Assembly (NCBI RefSeq): GCF_018350175.1
Contig: NC_058368.1
Span: 193,070,001-193,134,000, forward strand
DNA from: Felis catus
Taxonomy: Eukaryota
Reading direction: 5' to 3'
Length of the DNA: 64,000 nucleotides
Positions 11,796 through 23,625 of this stretch are shown in pieces. Numbering within the stretch: position 1 is the first letter of the stretch; each line of letters opens with the position of its first letter. Both the position numbers and the translations under genes were made by a program. The notes below the pieces were generated by a model. The model was not told where the DNA came from. It made no database searches and saw only the letters and a program-made list of their open reading frames with translations.

Positions 11796-12637
11796 AGCAC
11801 CCCTGCCCTGGCACTGGGTATTCCCTCACTTTTTCCCAAGGTCCGACTTGACCTCCTTGCCCTTGTCTTCCCAGAGATACCACTGAATTTTTCCCCCAGC
11901 CACCTCTACACTTGAGCGAACTTCAATGGGTCCCTGCTTCTTGCAAGAACCGATTCCCAGCGAAGCCTGGAGGAGGGCTTGGGGAGGGGGTAGGGGGCCC
12001 GCAGACCTGCCTGAGAAACACGTTGCAAGCTGGGGAAGCAAGCGCTCCTTTCTGCTCAACAGACCATCTGTCACTTCTAGTTACCTCCAGGACCTGGAGA
12101 TGACTCTATTCCTCGGCAAACATCAACAGAGCTGCCAGCTCCCTGTGGTTGGCCGGTCTCTGGCTGGTGGAGCGGACTCCCTGCTCACCCGGAGCCGAGT
12201 TAATGAGGCCCTGGCTGTGATCGCTGGTACCTCCAGGCCTGCGTTCACATGATGTTCTTCCCTTGCTGGGACTGTCCCTGCCGACCTCTGCTCAGGCCAA
12301 GCCCCACGGTTCCCCTCCTTCAGGATGCCGTCCTAATGACCGACCCTGCAGCGCACACAGATCCTTTCCTTTCTAAACTTTCTTAGTACCTATTGTCTCT
12401 CTTTTGTCCTTTCGTGCATATGTCATGTGCTTATGTCACCTAAGAGGCTATTACGCTAAGTTATAAGTCCATGAAGCTTGCCGTGAGAGAGGAAAAGGAA
12501 ATCACTAAATCCATATTGCTTCAGGTAACAAGAGCTCTTCGTGATGTAGAATGCTATTTGGGTTCTGGGAATCTTCCAGGTGCTATTCTAAGCGCTCATT
12601 ATCTAGCAGCTCATTTGGTCTTCAAGGCCTCATACAG

Positions 12638-13649
12638 AGCAGGAACATGGGTGCAGGAAAGTTGTCTCATGCTAGAGGTCATGTCTATGGTCAGACAAAG
12701 GACAAAGAAGATTTTGTGGCAGATTCCTTCCCCTCCCACTCGGCTGGCCAATGCCTAACTGTCCACCATTGGAAGCTTGTCCTGTTATCTTAAGCAGGAA
12801 TGTGGGTGCAGGAAAGTTGTCTCATCCTAGAGGTTATGTCTATGGTCAGACAGAGGACAAAGAAGATTTTGTGGCAGATTCTTTCCCCTCCCACTCGGCT
12901 GGCCAATGCCTAACTGTCCACCATTGGAAGCTTGTCCTGTTATCTTAAGCAGGAATGTGGGTGCAGGAAAGTTGTCTCATCCTAGAGGTTATGTCTATGG
13001 TCAGACAGAGGACAAAGAAGATTTTGTGGCAGATTCTTTCCCCTCCCACTCGGCTGGCCAATGCCTAACTGTCCACCATTGGAAGCTTGTCCTGTTATCT
13101 TTTTTTAAATTTTTTTTTCCCAACGTTTATTTATTTTTGGGACAGAGGGAAACAAAGCATGAACGGGGGAGGGGCAGAGAGAGAGGGAGACACAGAATTG
13201 GAAACAGGCTCCAGGCTCCGAGCCATCAGCCCAGAGCCCGACGCGGGGCTTGAACTCACGGACCGTGAGATCGTGACCTGGCTGAAGTCGGACGCTTAAC
13301 CGACTGCGCCACCCAGGCGCCCCTTGTCCTGTTATCTTAAGCAGGAATGTGGGTGCAGGAAGGTTGTCTCATCCTAGAGGTTATATCTATGGTCAGACAG
13401 AGGACAAAGAAGATTTTGTGGCAGATTCCTTCCCCTCCCACTTGGCTGGCCAATGCCTAACTGTCCACCATTGGAAGCTTGTCCTGTTATCTTAAGCAGG
13501 AATGTGGGTGCAGGAAAGTTGTCTCATCCTAGAGGTTATGTCTATGGTCAGACAGAGGACAAAGAAGATTTTGTGGCAGATTCCTTCCCCTCCCACTCGG
13601 CTGGCCAATGCCTAACTGTCCACCATTGGAAGTTTGTCCTGTTATCTTA
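12638..13649 (+). repeat. Tandem array of five 155-bp units, interrupted by a SINE
   Basis: Units start (AGCAGGAA) at 12638, 12793, 12948, 13340 and 13495; the copies are near-identical. Confidence 0.97.
13102..13323 (-). mobile_element. Young felid CanSINE (SINEC_Fc-like) inserted at the end of repeat unit 3
   Basis: Full-length antisense SINE ending CCAGGCGCCCC. Perfect 15-bp TSD TTGTCCTGTTATCTT (13087-13101 / 13324-13338). Confidence 0.97.
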
Positions 13650-13779
13650 AGGCTGTGAACCTATAAAATCAGGATTTTTTTTTGGCAGAAGGAAAGCTGA
13701 GGAAGAATGAAGGAAGGCCTCCCAGACCATCCTAAATGACCTCCTTGAGCCAGAACATTTGCGTGACCAGCACCCTTAC

Positions 13780-13985
13780 GTTTTCTAAGTGCATCCTTCT
13801 AAGTGCTAGTTCCTTGGGATATTAAATAGGATTTACTTAAAAAAAAAAAAAGGGTTAAGTATGGAAAGCCTCAGGTTAAACAGTTGTCTGTGCAGCATGA
13901 CTTCTCAGAGCCTTAACATGCTGGGGAGCACTGAGCATCTAGAAGAAGAGGAATGTGCTGTACTCACTAAACAAATTTGACCAAT
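13780..13985. mobile_element. Charlie4-like hAT relic
   Basis: GGTTAAAC..GACTTCTCAGAGCCTTAACATGC..AAACAAATTTGACC pattern (from recall). Confidence 0.45.
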
Positions 13986-15763
13986 CGGTTCTCAAATCAG
14001 GCTTCCAAGGACACTTCTTTGAGTAACACTGCCCGTATCCACTGCATAACCATATCACCACTGACCCCAGTTACTCGTGTTTTTACTGCTTCCTGTGGAC
14101 ATATAACTGACTGCTTTTCATTTGCGTTTGGTGGCCTTGCCTGCCAGTACTTTCTCAGGTAGACAAGATAGACTGGCCCATATGGCCCACCTTTTCCTTC
14201 CTCCAGGATTTTAGGGTGCCCCGTCACTAAGGAGCTGCATTTACAGGATCAGGAGCATGGAACAGCCGGCTCTCTTAGTCCCAGGTCCTTGCTTGGCCTC
14301 GCTCACTTATCCGCTCACTCGCTCAACATTTTGGAAGATGTTTCTAGCACCTCCCCGGTGCCAGGCTCTGGAGGGTTCCCTGGGGGAATCAGAATGTGCC
14401 CTGGTGTAGGGTCTGTTTGGGTGGATCACATGGGCACACAGGGAAGGGGACAATGGGCAGAGGGACTGCAGAGGAGGGACAGTTCATGTTCAGCTGGGGG
14501 CAGAGTGCTGTGGTCACAGAGATGGGCCCTGAATGGTGACAAGAAGTGACAGGTGGCGCTTGTGGTTGAGAGTGGGCAGAACTATTGGGGCAGTGGCAGA
14601 AGATCAGGCCCTGACAGGTGCCTGGACCCCCTTCACCTCTCTCTCACTGCCTGCACAGGGGCTGCTCTGACCATCAGGATCCCAGGCTGGCAGGTGCCCT
14701 CCCTCCGTGGCTGACCCTCAGCGAACTTGGAAGGGAGGAAGCATTTGTGCCCGGGACTCCAGGGGGCAGGGGCTGTGTTTGTCCTGTTCTCACTGTACCC
14801 CCAACACCTGCAGGGGGACCCCCAGACCTTCGCTCCCTCTTCTGAGCCCTTGTCTTCCCACTCTGCGTTCTGTGTGCCCGGGACCTTGTTTTGGCACCTG
14901 TCCATGAATCTACCGAAGAATGAGCCACTCTCGAAGCAGGTTTATTTTCAGATGGAGCTCCTGGAAAGCAAAGGAACTTTTGAAAGTTCACGAGTGATTC
15001 TTCACGGACTCCAGTTGTGGAATGTCAGAGTCAACTGAGAATTGAGAGGGGCTGAATGGTGGCAGGTCCGGCACTGTGACAAAGGGCCAGGGCAGGAGCC
15101 GAGGGAGACTTTGATGTCAGTATTTCTAAGTAATGTGGTAAATAATCTGTCACTTGTGTATTAGAAAACACACAGATTCTGGAATCCAGCTTTCTGCAGG
15201 TCGCAGTCCCACCTCGGACTGTGTGCCTTCGTCAGGATTTAGAGACTTTGGTTCCTTCCCCATAGAATGGTGCTATTGTCTGTCAAAAGGGATTATTGCA
15301 TTAAATGAGACAAGGCTCGACGAAGTCCTGCGTTCGTTAACGACTGCTGTCACACAAGGGAAATGACCCCCTCGTGGGTCAATCTGAGACTGGTTTCCGC
15401 ACCTGTGAGACGGCCATACCACCGGTTCGTGCCCCACAGGGAGGCTTCAGGACACGCGGGGGAATGTGTGTACATGAGCACCGTGTGCAGTGCTTGGCAC
15501 ACATGCTCATTCCATGGCTGGCGTTTCTGACCCCACTGCCCTGGTCCACACCAAGCTGGCTCTATTTCTCAGGGCGGGGATTAGGCAAGGCTTCACGGAC
15601 CAGGTGGGAGTTGAGCTGGGCTTTGAAGGACAGGAGCATTTTCACAAATATGCAAGAGTGGGCCCGAGATTGGATGGGGTGGAGGAGGGTTGGGGCCAGA
15701 GGAGAACATGTGGTGAGGCTCGAGATTTGCTCAGGAGTCAGAGAGGAGGCCATCTGGTTTCTT

Positions 15764-16372
15764 TCTTTTTCTTTTCTTCTTCTTTTTTTTTAATTTAATT
15801 GTTTATTTTTTAAAATTTACATCCAAATTAGCCTATAGTGCAACAATGATTTCCGGAGCAGATTCCTTAGTGCCCCTTACCCATTTGGCCCATCCCCCCC
15901 TCCCACAACACCTCCTGTGACCCTCAATTTGGTCTTCATATTTATGAGTCTCTTCTGTTTTGTCCCCCTCCCTGTTTTTATATTATTTTTGTTTCCCTTC
16001 CCTTATGTTCATCTGTTTTGTCTCTTAAAGTCCTCAGATGAGTGAAGTCATATGATTTTTGTCTTTCTCTGACTAATTTCAATTAGCATCATACCCTCCA
16101 GTTCCATCCATGTAGTTGCAAATGGCAAGATTTCATTCTTTTTGACTGCCGAGTAATGCTCCATTGTATATATATATTCCACGACGTCTTTATCCATTCA
16201 TCCATCGATGGACATTTGGGCTCTTTCCATACTTTAGCTATTGTTGGTCGTGCTGCTATAAACATGGGGGTGCATGTGTCCCTTTGAAACAGCACACCTG
16301 TATCCCTTTGATAAATGCCTAGTAGTGCAATTGCTGGGTCGTAGGGTAGCTCTATTTTTAGTTTTTTGAGGA
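15764..16372 (-). mobile_element. 5'-truncated felid L1 (end of ORF2 plus 3' UTR)
   Basis: Antisense poly(T) and 3' UTR; ORF track 16089-16418 gives the ORF2 C-terminus ([36 protein letters not shown]). TSD AGGCCATCTGGTTTCTT (15747-15763) / AGGCCATCTGGTTCCTT (16373-16389). Confidence 0.95.
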
Positions 16373-16643
16373 AGGCCATCTGGTTCCTTGGGGAAGCCAG
16401 AGGGAGACAGATCTGCAAGAATAAGGCGGGGCTCTGGAGTCATAAAAGGTAGAGCCGGAGGGGCCACAGGGGGCCACCCGGCCCACTCTCTTACCTGCAG
16501 TGGGAATACAAACATGTGACTTGGGGGCAATGAGAGCCTTGGTGGTCTGAGGCTCTGCTGTGTGTTCTTGAGTAAATTATATATCATCTCTGAGCTGGAT
16601 TTCTCTTCTGTGTCATGAAAATACTAATTCTTGCCCTGCCTAC

Positions 16644-17385
16644 TGAAGGGGAGCTGAATATGCCACTCCCAGTTATACACCTTTGGCCTCTGGATTACCT
16701 TGAATTAGAATTATTTGAGAAACAGCCAGTACAATAAGGATTCTCTAACCCTCCTCTGTCCCTCTGAAGGCAGGAACTAAATTTCCCAAGTTAAAGCTAA
16801 TCTCCCAGTACCAGGAGGAGGAGAGACCTCCTCACTGCCAGAGATAGGGAATTCAGGGCTGCGGAGGCTGTATAAACAAACCTTGTTATTTCCTCACTAA
16901 TTTAATACCTCAAGCCCAAGCTTCTCTGCCTTGCCAATTCTTCAAAAATTTATTGTTTCTTTGTGTAAAAGGTATAAACGCTGCCTGCTTTGGGCACTTC
17001 TCTGAGTCTCCTATTTTCTCTTTTTTGAAAAAAATTTTTTTAAATGTTTATTTATTTTTGAGACAGAGAGAGAGTGTGAGCAGGGGAGAGGCAGAGTGAG
17101 AGAGGGAGACACAGAATCTGAAACAGGCTCCAGGCACTGAGCTGTCAGCACAGAGCCCGATGCGGGACTGAACCCACGAACTGTGAGATCATGACCTGAG
17201 AGGAAGGACACTTAACCGACTGAGCCACCCAGGCGCCCCCTGAGTCTCCTATTTTCAATCGGGCTCTGTCTGGTTCCTATGAAATTAAATTTGTTTCTCT
17301 CCTGTCAGTCTGTCTTATGTCGATTTAATTATTAGACCAGCCAAAGCACCTAGAAGGGAAGAAGGAAAAGTTTTCCTCCCCTACA
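16644..17385 (+). mobile_element. Solo ERV1 LTR (MER34-like), interrupted by a SINE
   Basis: TG..CA termini (TGAAGGGG..TTTTCCTCCCCTACA), flanking CTAC/CTAT as a 4-bp TSD with one mismatch, TATAAA near 16973 and ATTAAA near 17284. Confidence 0.8.
17019..17239 (-). mobile_element. CanSINE inside the LTR
   Basis: 17-bp TSD CTGAGTCTCCTATTTTC (17002-17018 / 17240-17256). Confidence 0.96.
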
Positions 17386-17485
17386 CTATGTTGTAGTTGT
17401 CCTGAGGCTTTCGTGAGCCTGGGGGTTAAAGATCATCCCCCCAGGCAGGGGGAAAGGGATCTTTTCATGCAAATCTCCTTTCCTG

Positions 17486-17499
17486 CCAACAGGTGGCAG
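17486..17499 (+). promoter_or_regulatory. Candidate CTCF site
   Basis: CCAACAGGTGGCAG matches 13 of 14 positions of CCASYAGRKGGCRS. Confidence 0.45.
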
Positions 17500-18884
17500 T
17501 GCTGGACTGAGTACGTGTTAAAAGGCGGGAGACGCTAGTTGGACGACTATGATCTTTCATTTTCCTCAACCAGTTTTATAGGCTCTTCCCCTCCCGCCTG
17601 CTAGCCATCCTGGGCGGTTAGATTTGCAGTTGCTGAACCGGTTCTGTTTGTTCAGTTCTGAGCTCCGGGGCTGGGACGCCCCAGGAATGTCAAGTCTCCC
17701 AGAACCGCAGTCTGGTGGCTGGCTGGAAGCCGGCGACAACAGCCTGTTTACATTTGCCAAGTAGGTTCTTGATGCCCTTAGGTGCTTCCCACGCATGACC
17801 TGGTTGGGGCCTCCCTACTCCCCAAACCCTCTACAGGTTAGGTGCGATCGTTCCACCCACTTGTTCAGAAGAGAAGATTGGAGCTCTGAGAGGCTAAGGT
17901 GCTTGAATCTAGAAGTTTCTGGCCATAGACCTGTGCACATAACATTATCATCTCATTCATATAACCCTTTAACCATTGTTATCTCATCTCTATAGGCAGG
18001 GAAACTGATGTCTGGAGAAGGAAGGAATTCCCTCTTGGGAATGGGAGGAAGTGTTGGGAGGAGGCTCCCGGGCTTCTCAGAATTTGGGGCAGCTACCTCA
18101 TGCCCTGGAGCAGCAGGGAATCTTCAGGAAGCTTCCCTCCTTTCCCGGCTCCAGGCACAGGGCCATTGGTGTGTGCTGTGCTCAGAGCCAGGCTAGCGTG
18201 GCTGGGAGTGTGACAGTGTGTGTAGGGCAGGAACCCTGTCTGTCCTGTTACCATGCAGACCCAGCTCCTCGCATGGTCCGGTAGAGAGCTGGCACCCAAT
18301 TAATATTTATGGAGGAAATGGACATTCTTCTTCTTCATCTTCTTAAGCTCTCTTCCTTGGTTGTTCGGCCAGCAGGCATTCCGCATCCTCGGGGTCCTCT
18401 AACCTTGCTGGGGACAAACTTTGAGCTGCTTAGCACAGACTGTCTGCTTGTTCTTCAGCATTCCAGATCGGTCCTTTACCTGTCCTGCCTCCACTCCAGA
18501 TGGAAAGACCCTAGGGGACAGCGTCTTATGTTCCTGTGCATGCTTCGTGGTGTTTATCCCAGGGTTGAATATAAAATAAGCTCTATATGAACACAACAGT
18601 CTACCGTTTTATCCAAGCAGTTGTGAAATAGAAAATAAGCCCAAAGAAGAAAATTAAAATCATCCCCATGATAATAGCATCCTTTTCTTCAATGATATTG
18701 AATGGAATTGAGTTTTCCCCTTTCTCCTTTTATTATGCAAGAAATACGTATTTATTGTACAAACGTAAAGAATACAGAGAAGCAAAAACAATTCACTGGA
18801 AATACCACTTCATAAGGCTGTCGACAATTCCATTAGCAATGATAATGGCAATAGCCACCTCCGTGTGCTCGCAGCTCTACGTAA

Positions 18885-19175
18885 TTTTTTAAGAACTTTA
18901 TTGAGGTATAATTTATATACCATAAAATCCCCTTGTTTTAATGATTAACGAATCATTTTAATGCAAAGATTTTTACTAAATCTACAGGGTTGTGCAACGA
19001 TCGGTATAGTTCAGTTTTAGATTTCCATTGCCCCTGTAAAATCCCTCGGGCCCATTGACGGTTAATCTCCAGCCCCAGGCAACCCTAATCTATCTGCCAT
19101 CTGCACAGTTTTGCCTTTTCTGGACATTTCATATAAATGGAAGAATACTCTAGGTGATCTTTTGTGTTTGATTCA
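18885..19175 (-). mobile_element. Old L1 (L1MB-like) 3' end
   Basis: TTTATTGAGGTATAATTTATATACCATAAAAT..CAGCCCCAGGCAACC..TTTTGCCTTTTCTGGACATTTCATATAAATGGAA. Confidence 0.8.
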
Positions 19176-19232
19176 TACACTGGTGATGGTAGGCACAGCT
19201 TCTCATTTCCCGCGAGGAAACTGAGTCTTTGC

Positions 19233-19260
19233 GGGGGGGGGGGGGGGGGGGGGGGGGGGG
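19233..19260. repeat. G28 homopolymer within a MIR relic
   Basis: Directly visible; the flanks GAGGAAACTGAG and GTAAGTGG..CCTGGATTCAA are MIR core. Confidence 0.9.
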
Positions 19261-19397
19261 TAGGTGATTTACTGAAAGTGGCCACCTGGGGAGTAAGTGG
19301 AGGGAGTAGCCTGGATTCAACGGAGGTTTCCATCATCCTTCACCACCTTGTCATTGTGACACGGCTTTTCATGTCCCAGCCTCTGCAACTACTTGTT

Positions 19398-19399
<2 letters not shown>

Positions 19400-19438
<39 letters not shown>
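19400..19438. repeat. (TG)n microsatellite
   Basis: Directly visible. Confidence 0.95.
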
Positions 19439-19440
<2 letters not shown>

Positions 19441-20040
19441 CTCCCAACGGGACTGCATTTTATGTATTCTTCTGCCGCTTTCTTTTCACTTAATAAGGGA
19501 CTGTGGGCCTGTCTCCACGGGGTTAAGTATACATCTACAACAGCCACAGCAGATTCTTGACAAGTACAGCGCAGCATTTAAGGCTTTGGGGGTCTCACTA
19601 TCCCGACGTCAATACCAATTCTGCCACTTACCAGCCATGTGACTTTGGAAAATTTACTTAATCGCTGTGTGCCTCAGTTTCTTTGTCTGGAAAAGGGAAA
19701 TGGTAGTGCTGACCTCACCGGGCTGCTGTGAGGCTATGAGCTGATACAGGCAAAGCAGCTGGCCCCCAGGCACGGCTCAGCCAGCGCCAGTGTGTTTGCT
19801 GGCAGCTGTGATGAACCGACAAACCCCTGCTTTTGCACGTCGATCTCATCTTGGAAGCCGGCATCCAGGATGGGGGCGTCTCTGCACTTGGCTGACCAGC
19901 TGGAGAGGGTCACGCTGTCTGTGTCGTCTCCCCGACAGCTGGAATCTCGCCCAGCTCTCTGTGGATTAGTGGAAGAAGGGCCTGATGGGGTCCGCAGGTT
20001 GACAGCCTTTTTCTGGCTGGAAGTCCCTTCCTGGGGAGTT

Positions 20041-20760
20041 TGGGAACTGAGCTCCAGGGCGGGGCAGAATGCTGGAATCAGCCCCAGGCTACAAGGGCGC
20101 AAAGGACCCCAGGTTCGTGGGACCGGAAATGGGCTCGGCTCCCCACCCCAGCCCGCTGGGCGCTGAGGCTCCGGTGTGGGTTCTGCTTGCAGGCATCCTG
20201 GAGCCAGAACGCAGTTCCGGCGCCGTCAGTCAGCCTGCGATTAGTGAGATGGAGGCACACAAGCTGGTTTACAGATTGTGGGTGGGAGGACGGGATGTGG
20301 TGGGAAGTAGCTCACCGACTCCAGGGGCGGGGGTGGCATTTGTCTCTGCTCCCTGGTGCTCTGGCAACAGAGGCTGCTGGGTACTCACAGGGGGCTGGCG
20401 GCCTTTGAGAAACCCTGCCAGGGCCCGAACCTTTCGCTCTGTCGGGTCAGAGGTAGGGCCACCAGCGTGCCCTCTGGGCGGCAGGGTCAGCAAGGCTGGA
20501 GCCGGAACACTGGGCGCATCTCGGGGGGTGGGGGGCGGGGGGTACAGCGTGCAGCTGAGGAGAGGCGCGAGGAAGGTCAGGCCTGACCTTGGGTGTGGGG
20601 TGGGGACCGGGAGCCGGGCGAGGGGCGCGAACCCCAGAGGGGGGCTCAGGCTGCAGTGGATGGAGCTCAACCACAGGGACTCCAAGGAGAGATCTGGGCA
20701 ACCTGCGGGTGCCTCTGGCAGTGCGTGGAAGCTGATGCAAACAGTCTGATGAGTTTCGGT
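20041..20760. promoter_or_regulatory. Weak CpG-island-like, G-rich segment
   Basis: Hand count of about 34 CpG in 20041-20640, visibly the most CpG-dense part of the window; GC boxes and G-runs. Confidence 0.45.
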
Positions 20761-23203
20761 GGAAATTCAACTCTGGCTTTTCTTGGTCGACTAGAGTCTC
20801 AGCAGCACAGCTCTCTTCCTGCAAGGCAGCGCCCCACCTGGGGCTACACAGCAGCTGCCTCTTTTGGGTGGGACATCCACTTTCCAGTCGGATATAGTCA
20901 TCCAGCCCGGAAGCCAGTCCCATAGCTATTTGCCCACCTATGCAGTGTGAGTTTTATTCTTTTTTTTCTGAGTTTGTGACCTTTGGCTTGGCAGTGCTGT
21001 GCTCAAGGTCTGGTTTCCCTACTTAGGGTGGTCAGAAGGCCCCAGAGGTGGTGACGCCATGCTGAGACCCGAAGGCCCAGCCTGCTTTATGATGAGAGCT
21101 CCAGGCAGAGGGTACAGTAAGTGCAAAGGCCCTCAGGCAGGGAAGGGCTTCCTGTTCTCTTGGTACTCGTGGAATGGAGTGCTCAAGACAGACTACACAT
21201 TGGGAAGAGGAAAGAGAATATGTTGCAACCAGCAGGAAAGATATCCCTGCTTGGGCAACCAAGAATAGCCCACTGTGGATGGCCCACAGAGGATAGAGCT
21301 CTGAGAGGGTGAATGATCGGGGCAGCCAAGAGCTCCCAGGGCATTTCTGCTCTGAGGCTGACCTGGTCCTCGGGGATGATGGAAATTGCTGGGTGCTGCC
21401 CACACCTGTTTCTAACCATAAAGGAAATTTCTACACTCCCCTCTCAAGGGAGCTCTCAGTAAATTGTCCTCATTCAGTGGAGTCTGAGCCTCCTTCACCC
21501 ATTCTCATCTGGACTCAGGAAGGACAGGTGGGGGGTTCTTCTGGGCTGGGACCTCACATCAGGGCAGGGGCTGGGATGCCTTCCAGCCTTAGGGCTGGGA
21601 GGGCAGATCCTACAGAGCTCACTTTTCCACAGCCCGACAGATCTCATGAGGCTGCCCACCCGGTGAGCCAACAGATTCAGGGCATTGGGTCTGAGGGTCT
21701 GGTGGAGGGAAAGGAACACTGAGGAGCTACCTTTTGGAGTCCCTTTTGGACTCTCTGACAGTGGCGAGAAGGCTCCTCAGCTAACCCCTATGTCTGTGTG
21801 GCTCCCTCCCTGAGCCCCGAAGAGGCTCAGTCCTGCTGGGTGAGAAGCAGGGTCCGGAGCCGGCCAGGGGCTGTGCTGCAGGAGGACTTACTGTCCTTTG
21901 GGGGCCCCTCTGAGCTTTGGGAGCTTCTCAGAATCTCAGGGAACACAGAGGCCTTTCTGTTCCATTTTAAACACAATTTTGTTTTTCTAATTATGAAAGA
22001 AATGAGTGTTAATTGCAGAAAAGATGCGCAAGAATGCAGAGCAAAATGATCACACCAATGGTATGCTATGGAGATTTTAGGACATGTTCCTCTGGATGTG
22101 TTCTCTGCGCTCACACAGTGTGACATGGGCAGTGGGGGCTGGGGAAGACGAGGGACACCCGGACCTGGATGACCCGGACCTGGATTCAAACCCTCATTGT
22201 GTTGCTTGTGAGCGGCATGGCCTTCAGGGAGCTGCTTGGCTTCTTTGTGCCTCAGTTTCCTGCCCTGGAAAATGAGACTGGGGGCATTGCCTTCCTTATG
22301 AGTTGGTACAGACCACACCATTTTGTGACCTGTTTCTTTTCACGTTGTTCCTCCAGTCAGTGTGGGTTCTGTTCCACAAACCTGTCATGGAAGAAGGGGC
22401 AGACTTGCTCTAGAGATCAAATATTTCTTCACTCTGTGCATCCCCTCTGCCTTCCTGGTGGGATCTCACTAGAACGGGCCTGGAGTTAGTGACAGCCTGG
22501 TCTCAGGGCCTATGCACGCGCCATGATGTGGGCTCAGTGCCACTTGTGCGGGGCGCCTGCTGCAGGTTCTTTGTCAGGTTGGGGAGGGGCAGGGGCTGCC
22601 TCTTGGGCAGAGCCCCCTGGGACAGGCCACTGCCCTTCCCCTGAGGACCACCATCTGCCTGGGGTGCGGTCTGGGGATGAACCCAGAGAGGGCGGAGGGG
22701 CAAACCGTTCCCTCAGACTTTCTCAGGCCTGTCTCTTCCTTCAAGTCTTTCTCTCCCCATCCGTAGCGTCTCCCTTTCCCATGAAAATTGCCCCAGTGAA
22801 TTTAGAATTTAGAACCAAAACCCAGAAGGGAGTTCGCCGTGTAACACAAATCTCCCCTGAGGCCAATGAGCACGGGTCCCGGCTTGTACGGAAGGAAAAT
22901 GCAACAGCCTCCATTCTCCCTGATTCTTCTACGCAGTGACAACAAACACCGATGAATATCTCAACTTACTATTACACTGTGACTGTTTTCTAAATGTCAT
23001 TATGAATTCTTTTCCAGGATAACCTTCATTAGCTGCAGGAGGTCCCAATGCATAGATATTTCCGGTTTTCTCAGGCTTTCCTATTGCATGTAACTAGGAT
23101 AAACTTTCTTATGCCTACATTGCAGATGGATCTCTGATGTTTTCTCAGAGTTACTGGAAGTGGGATGACTGGGTGAGAGGGTCTAGGTTTAAAAATATAT
23201 GTA

Positions 23204-23419
23204 GGGGCGCCTGGGTGGCTCAGTCAGTTAAGCGCCTGACTTTGGCTCAGGTCATGATCTCACAGCTCGTGAGTTTGAGGCTCACGGGTTCGAGCCCCGC
23301 GTCGGGCTCTGTGCTGACAGCTCAGAGCCTGGGGCCTGCTTCAGATTCTGCGTCTCCTTCTCTCTCTGCCCCTCCCCTGCTCACGCTTTCTCTCTCTCTC
23401 GCTCAAAAATAAACATTAG
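23204..23419 (+). mobile_element. CanSINE with an internal 15-nt duplication
   Basis: GGGGCGCCTGGGTGGCTCAG head, (CT)n tract and tail; flanked by AAAAATATATGT / AAAAATATATATGT. Confidence 0.95.
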
Positions 23420-23434
23420 AAAAATATATATGTG

Positions 23435-23625
23435 TTTTATTTAATTTTTTTCATTGTGCTAAGAACAGGTAACGTGAGCTCTACTCTCCTAACAAATGTT
23501 TAAGGGTACGTATGGTGGTTAACTATTGGTCCAATGTTGTGCAGCTGATCTCTGGAACTGTTCATCTTGCAGAACTGAAACTTTCTGACCTACGGAGCAA
23601 TACCTCCCATGTCCCCATCCCTTCA
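23435..23625 (-). mobile_element. Old L1 (L1MA/MB-like) 3' end
   Basis: ATGTTGTGCAGCTGATCTCTGGAACTGTTCATCTTGCAGAACTGAAACTTT is typical antisense L1 3' UTR. Confidence 0.7.

Noticed and set aside
12751..13650. Three near-identical ORFs beginning MPNCPPLEACPVILS, and a CRISPR-like periodic appearance
   Set aside because: Artefact of the 155-bp tandem repeat: the unit is not a multiple of 3, there are no unique spacers, and the DNA is eukaryotic.
15410..15423. ACGGCCATACCACC, identical to the 5' part of 5S rRNA
   Set aside because: Only 14 nt, embedded in a GC-shifted MIR, and the similarity does not continue.
20069..20749. Longest ORF in the window (226 aa)
   Set aside because: Gly/Ala/Arg/Pro-rich, non-ATG start, with overlapping ORFs in several frames; expected in GC-rich DNA.
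22157..22185. 14-bp tandem duplication ACCCGGACCTGGAT
   Set aside because: Ordinary slippage inside a MIR relic.
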